From: an uncultured Clostridia bacterium
Lineage (GTDB): Bacteria > Bacillota > Clostridia > Oscillospirales > Oscillospiraceae
NCBI GenBank assembly: GCA_937907715.1
Contig: CALERM010000103.1
Coordinates: 1-38,666, forward strand
DNA: 38,666 nt
Direction: 5' to 3'
The position numbers and the translations under genes are program-made. Every line of letters begins with the position of its first letter. Position 1 is the first letter of the stretch. Shown piece after piece: positions 34,325-38,666 of this stretch. The notes below the pieces were generated by a model. The model searched no databases. It was not told the DNA's origin and was given only the letters and a program-made list of their open reading frames with translations.

Positions 34325-36091
34325 ATGGAGCGTATCGAAGAACTGGAACGGCAGATTGCACAGCTGCCAGCCGGCTCTGTCGCAAAGAAAACGGTAAACG
34401 GCAGAGAATATTTCTATCACCGTTGGACGGAAAACAAAAAACGACGGGAAAAGTATATTCCATTACAGGAAGTCGATGCCTTTCGCGCACAAATCGACCG
34501 GCGAAAGGCATTGGAACAGGAATTGAAGCAGCTGAAAAGACAACTGCTGCTCGCAAAGAAACCGCCTGAACCGCCTGCGTTTGCCACGTATATTCGAGCA
34601 GGCGCGGAACTGCGTGCGTTTTCCGCCAATGTCCGCAAATATCGAAAACGAGAATGCTTTGCACAGCTTCATGATTTTATCTATGGCGAGCCGCAGGACA
34701 AGGTATTGATTCTTTACGGCCTGCGCCGAACCGGCAAAACCACAATGATCCGGCAGATTCTTGCGGACATGGATGATACCATGCTGTCGCAGTCGGCATT
34801 TATACAAATCACGGCGAAGAATACGCTGGCTGATGTCAATCGGGACTTAAAGCAGTTGGAATCGCAGGGGTTTCGGTATGTATTTCTCGATGAAGTCACG
34901 TTGATGGAGGATTTTATTGAGGGTGCGGCATTGTTTTCCGATGTATTTGCGGCCTCTGGTATGAAAATTGTGCTGTCCGGTGCGGATTCCCTCGGCTTTT
35001 TATTCACAGAAGATGAACAGCTGTATGACCGCTGCCTATTCCTGCATACGACCTTTATCCCCTATCGTGAATTTGAATCGGTTCTCGGCATTCACGGAAT
35101 AGATGCATATATCCGGTACGGCGGCACGATGAGCCTAGGCGGTGTGCACTACAATGAAACCTCTACGTTTGCCAGCAAACAGAGCACGGATGAATATGTG
35201 GACACGGCGATTGCACGAAATATTCAGCACTCCCTTCGATGCTATCAATACGAGGGACATTTCCGCCATCTGCGCGACTTATATGAAAACAATGAGCTGA
35301 CCAGTGCCATCAATCGTGTGGTGGAAGACATGAACCATCGGTTTACTTTGGAGGTTTTAACACGCGATTTTCAATCGCATGATCTGGGTGTCGCTGCGAG
35401 CAATTTGCGCCGCGACCGGAACCATCCGACGGATATTCTCGACCGCGTGGATATAAACGCAGTGACAGACCGTCTGCGTGCGCTGTTAGAAATCCGCAAC
35501 AAAGAAGAACAGACCGTGACATTGGATGCCGTTCATGCGGCGGAAATCAAAGAATATCTGGACTTGCTCGACCTGACGCAGGAAATAGACGTTCTGCATC
35601 TTCCGCATGTCGGCACGGTGGGAAGCCGAACCATCATTGCACAGCCGGGCTTGCGTTATGCACAGGCTGATGCATTGATTCGCAGCCTGCTGCTGGATGA
35701 GACCTTCAGCGCGTTATCCCTGCCGGAACGCAATGCCGTACAAGAACGAATTTTGAATGAAATCAAGGGAAGAATGCTGGAAGATATTGTTTTACTCGAA
35801 ACAAAACTGGCAAATCCGAAAAAACAGGTTTTTGTCCTCCAGTTCCCTGTCGGTGAATTTGATATGGTTGTCTTTGACCCGAATGCCGCTTCGTGCCAAA
35901 TCTTTGAAATCAAGCACAGCGCGCGGGCAATTCCCAATCAATACCGCCATCTCGTCAACGAAGAAAAATGTGCACAGACCGAGCACCGCTATGGAACAAT
36001 TACCGGAAAATTTGTGCTGTATCGCGGCGAAAATCAGGTAATAAACGGAATTTCGTATCAAAACGTGGAGGACTATCTGCGGAGTATATAA
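34325..36091 (+). CDS. AAA+ ATPase (AAA_14-like) with a probable C-terminal PD-(D/E)XK nuclease-like domain
   Basis: Walker A YGLRRTGKT, Walker B VFLDEV, C-terminal GEFDMVV...IFEIKHS; basic N-terminal domain. Confidence 0.8.
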   Translation: MERIEELERQIAQLPAGSVAKKTVNGREYFYHRWTENKKRREKYIPLQEVDAFRAQIDRRKALEQELKQLKRQLLLAKKPPEPPAFATYIRAGAELRAFSANVRKYRKRECFAQLHDFIYGEPQDKVLILYGLRRTGKTTMIRQILADMDDTMLSQSAFIQITAKNTLADVNRDLKQLESQGFRYVFLDEVTLMEDFIEGAALFSDVFAASGMKIVLSGADSLGFLFTEDEQLYDRCLFLHTTFIPYREFESVLGIHGIDAYIRYGGTMSLGGVHYNETSTFASKQSTDEYVDTAIARNIQHSLRCYQYEGHFRHLRDLYENNELTSAINRVVEDMNHRFTLEVLTRDFQSHDLGVAASNLRRDRNHPTDILDRVDINAVTDRLRALLEIRNKEEQTVTLDAVHAAEIKEYLDLLDLTQEIDVLHLPHVGTVGSRTIIAQPGLRYAQADALIRSLLLDETFSALSLPERNAVQERILNEIKGRMLEDIVLLETKLANPKKQVFVLQFPVGEFDMVVFDPNAASCQIFEIKHSARAIPNQYRHLVNEEKCAQTEHRYGTITGKFVLYRGENQVINGISYQNVEDYLRSI

Positions 36092-36092
36092 T

Positions 36093-36794
36093 ATGATGAG
36101 CAATCCAATCAAAAATCTGACAAAAAAAGAATGGGCACTTTGGCTCATTTCTCTCAGCGCAGTGGTGTTATCTAACCTGCTGTCGGAAAATATTGACCTG
36201 CTGACGCTGTTTGCCGCGTGTATCGGCATCACATCGCTGATTTTTGCCGCCAAGGGCAATGTCTGGGCGCAAATCCTGATGATTGTGTTCAGTATTTTGT
36301 ACAGCATCATTTCCTGGCGGTTTCATTACTGGGGCGAGATGATTACCTATCTCGGCATGACACTGCCGATGGCGGTCTGGTCAATGATTACATGGATGAA
36401 AAACCCGTCGGAAAACGGCAATGAAGTGGCGATTCAAAAGCTGACCAAAAAGCATATCCTTGCCCTCGCCTTTTTCGGCACGCTGACCACCATTGTCTTT
36501 TTCCTGATTCTGCGCGCGCTGGACACCCCAAACCTCGCGTTCAGCACGCTTTCCATCGTGACGAGCTTTCTCGCGGCAGCGCTCACCATGCTGCGCACCT
36601 CGTATTATGCGCTGGGCTATGCGTCCAATGATCTCGTGCTCATTGTGCTGTGGGTCTATGCCTCGCTCGGCAATCCGATGTACATTCCTGTCGTTGTCAA
36701 TTTCATTATCTTCTTTTTCAACGACATGTACGGATTTGTCAGCTGGAAGCAGCGGGAAAAACAGGTCGAAAACCGCAAATATGCAGCCGGTTAA
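36093..36794 (+). CDS. pnuC: PnuC family (nicotinamide riboside/vitamin) transporter
   Basis: Multi-TM, LIFAAKGNVW, YWGEMITYLG, NDLVLIVLW, NDMYGFVSW. Confidence 0.8.
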   Translation: MMSNPIKNLTKKEWALWLISLSAVVLSNLLSENIDLLTLFAACIGITSLIFAAKGNVWAQILMIVFSILYSIISWRFHYWGEMITYLGMTLPMAVWSMITWMKNPSENGNEVAIQKLTKKHILALAFFGTLTTIVFFLILRALDTPNLAFSTLSIVTSFLAAALTMLRTSYYALGYASNDLVLIVLWVYASLGNPMYIPVVVNFIIFFFNDMYGFVSWKQREKQVENRKYAAG

Positions 36795-36810
36795 CTGCAT
36801 AACAAGTTTC

Positions 36811-36846
36811 TGCCAAGAGTGTTTACATGCTCTTGGCAGTTTTTTC
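36811..36846. terminator. intrinsic terminator
   Basis: CTGCCAAGAG / CTCTTGGCAG + T-run. Confidence 0.7.
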
Positions 36847-36955
36847 TTGCTTTTCTATGAAAAACTGGCGAGATACCGCTGCAAAACATCGATAAAGGCA
36901 CCGATATGAATGCCATAGACACTTTCTCTCCGTTCCTGTCAAGCGTATATCTGTG

Positions 36956-37531
36956 TCAGTCCGTCAGCAATCGACCGTTGTCATTCCATTCACCATACAT
37001 CACGCCAGCTTTCGTATGATCTAAAAGCTTCTGTAAACGCTTCTGAAACAATTCCGGCTGGTTTTTCTTGATCTGAATCGTGTCGATCCGTACTCGTTGA
37101 TACAAAGAAGGAAATTTTTGAAAATGATTCCAGATTTCCTCATCTGCCTGCAATGCCTCCAAAACAGCATGATCTATGACAAAGCCTTTTTCAGACATAT
37201 CCGGCAGCACAGCGCGACCAGCGTCTGTCATTCTCCCCAAGCGTTCCATTCTGCGACAGCGTTCTTTGTTCAACTCAGACCACACACTCCCCTTTCTTCG
37301 AGGGGCTAATCGTTGTGCAGAAATGCCATTGTCCATTTTCTTGACTGTACTGTCAATCCAGCCAAAACACATCGCTTCTTCCACAGCGTCTATGTACCAA
37401 AATGTTCCATTATCCACAGAGCGTCCGCGTTTTACTACCACCCAGCATTCGCTTTCTTTGTCGTGGTTTTCCTGTAACCATTGCCGCAGTTCCTCCCGGT
37501 TTTTAGCCGGTAATACATTCTTAAAATCCAT
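36956..37531 (-). CDS. YdeI/OmpD-associated family protein
   Basis: NREELRQWLQENH, DAVEEAMCFGWIDS, PRRKGSVWSELNKER. Confidence 0.88.
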   Translation of the reverse strand: MDFKNVLPAKNREELRQWLQENHDKESECWVVVKRGRSVDNGTFWYIDAVEEAMCFGWIDSTVKKMDNGISAQRLAPRRKGSVWSELNKERCRRMERLGRMTDAGRAVLPDMSEKGFVIDHAVLEALQADEEIWNHFQKFPSLYQRVRIDTIQIKKNQPELFQKRLQKLLDHTKAGVMYGEWNDNGRLLTD

Positions 37532-37611
37532 TTCTCTGTCCTCGCACCGTTCGATTTGCTCATAGCTCTATGATACCATGCTCGGTAAGGAAAAGATAGA
37601 CGTTGCTTTGC

Positions 37612-37652
37612 GAAAAAAACACTCCCCGCACAGCGTTCGCCGTGCGGGGGCA
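37612..37652 (-). terminator. intrinsic terminator after the iolH-like gene
   Basis: CCCCGCAC / GTGCGGGG stem with an A-run on its left (T-run on - strand). Confidence 0.7.
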
Positions 37653-37668
37653 ATCATGGTATTGGAAC

Positions 37669-38604
37669 TTATCTTGCGTAGATGCCAAAGCCTTCCGGCA
37701 TCGGCTCGGTGCTGCTCGGTACACCGACGAGGTTCTTCTCGATGAGCTCGCGGGTGCGGGTGCCGTCGGAGATGGCTCTCTCCGGGAATCCGAGCGGGTT
37801 AAAGGTTGCGATGGTGTCGTCCTGCTCATTGAAGCCGATCTCACGCAGCGTCTTGAAGATGCGGTCGAAATCAATGTCGCCTTCGCCCAGATGGCCGATG
37901 TGTGCATGGGCACGAACCGTGCCGTTTGCGTACAGCGGAGCCGGATTGATGTTGTAGCGGAACAGCTTGGTGTAGTCGTAGGTATCTGCGAACAGCACGT
38001 GCTTCAGATGCTTGCGCGCATACTTCAGGTTGTGCTCGATGTCGCCCTTGCCGCCGTCGTAATGGAACGTGTGCGGGATGGAGTACAGATAACCCAGAGA
38101 CGGGCTGTCGTAATAGCGAATGATGTCGTAAGCATCATTGTTGTGCTCGTAGAAATCATCCGGGTGTGCCTGAATATCCAGACGGATGCCGCGCTGCTCC
38201 ATGATCGGAACCAGCTCGTCGAGAGATTTCATGAGCTTTGCTTCGCACAGCTCCGGATTGTCTCTGCCAGGGCCAAGCTCGGTGTTGAACACGCGAACGT
38301 CCATCAGTTCACCGATCTCGAACATTTTCTTCCAGCAGTCTACCGCGTACTGACGAACGAATTCGTCCGGGTCCTGCCAGTGGAAGCCGGTGGTCAGAGA
38401 AGCGATCTTCAGACCGGCGTCGGCAATGGCCTTCTTGTGCCACAGAACCTCTTCCTTGGTAGCCTTCGGACGCTTCCAGAAGCCCGGGAAGTCTGCGTTG
38501 TACGGATTGATATATTCATAGCCTGCGCGAGCAACCGTGTCGTACTGTTCCTCGTATGTCATACCGGTTTCCCAGAATGCGCTGCCGTCAAATGCGATTT
38601 TCAT
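37669..38604 (-). CDS. sugar phosphate isomerase/epimerase (IolH-like, xylose isomerase-like TIM barrel)
   Basis: AGYEYI, QYAVDCWK, FNTELG, IQAHPDDF, PHTF, HVLFAD, HAHIGHLGEGDIDF; GAGGAG RBS. Confidence 0.85.
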   Translation of the reverse strand: MKIAFDGSAFWETGMTYEEQYDTVARAGYEYINPYNADFPGFWKRPKATKEEVLWHKKAIADAGLKIASLTTGFHWQDPDEFVRQYAVDCWKKMFEIGELMDVRVFNTELGPGRDNPELCEAKLMKSLDELVPIMEQRGIRLDIQAHPDDFYEHNNDAYDIIRYYDSPSLGYLYSIPHTFHYDGGKGDIEHNLKYARKHLKHVLFADTYDYTKLFRYNINPAPLYANGTVRAHAHIGHLGEGDIDFDRIFKTLREIGFNEQDDTIATFNPLGFPERAISDGTRTRELIEKNLVGVPSSTEPMPEGFGIYAR

Positions 38605-38666
38605 AGGTACTCCTCCTCGTATAATAAGTTTAAAAGTTAATAATTTCAGGTATTAGTAGGCTTTGA

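Noticed and set aside
36792..36802. exact match TAACTGCATAA to the left arm of the left recombination site
   Set aside because: No TTATG second arm after the 6-bp spacer; likely chance
37603..38640. 345-aa plus-strand ORF
   Set aside because: Antisense shadow of the iolH-like gene with strong codon bias
1..38666. tRNA, rRNA, IS/transposase, conjugation or phage structural genes
   Set aside because: None recognised by eye

Overview
Bacillota (Clostridia-like) DNA. The left ~8 kb looks like the replication/partition core of a secondary replicon (plasmid, chromid or integrated element). It has a divergent RHH-parA-parB operon, an AT-rich origin-like spacer and an HTH/DUF6017-type initiator. 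These are followed by a probable structured small RNA, a 10-unit 56-57 bp array built on a 25-bp palindrome (plus two solo copies), and a tyrosine recombinase. Next to the recombinase is a ~290-bp segment bounded by inverted dif-like sites that carries a sigma-A promoter, i.e. a probable inverton. Downstream cargo: (1) an ECF-promoter operon with a membrane-tethered sigma factor; (2) a probable amine/nitrogen catabolic cluster (OCD/TynB-like enzyme, P-II, APC permease, XRE regulator, four-subunit flavin/Fe-S dehydrogenase) with a shared operator and ANTAR-like attenuators; (3) a two-component system with CiaR-type boxes controlling a VTC-DUF4956-Cthe_2159-GT2/GtrA-phosphodiester glycosidase operon; (4) AraC-ABM-PatB-Ogt, an AAA+/nuclease-like gene, PnuC, YdeI and an IolH-like gene. 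All family calls come from motif recognition by eye; no database searches were run.
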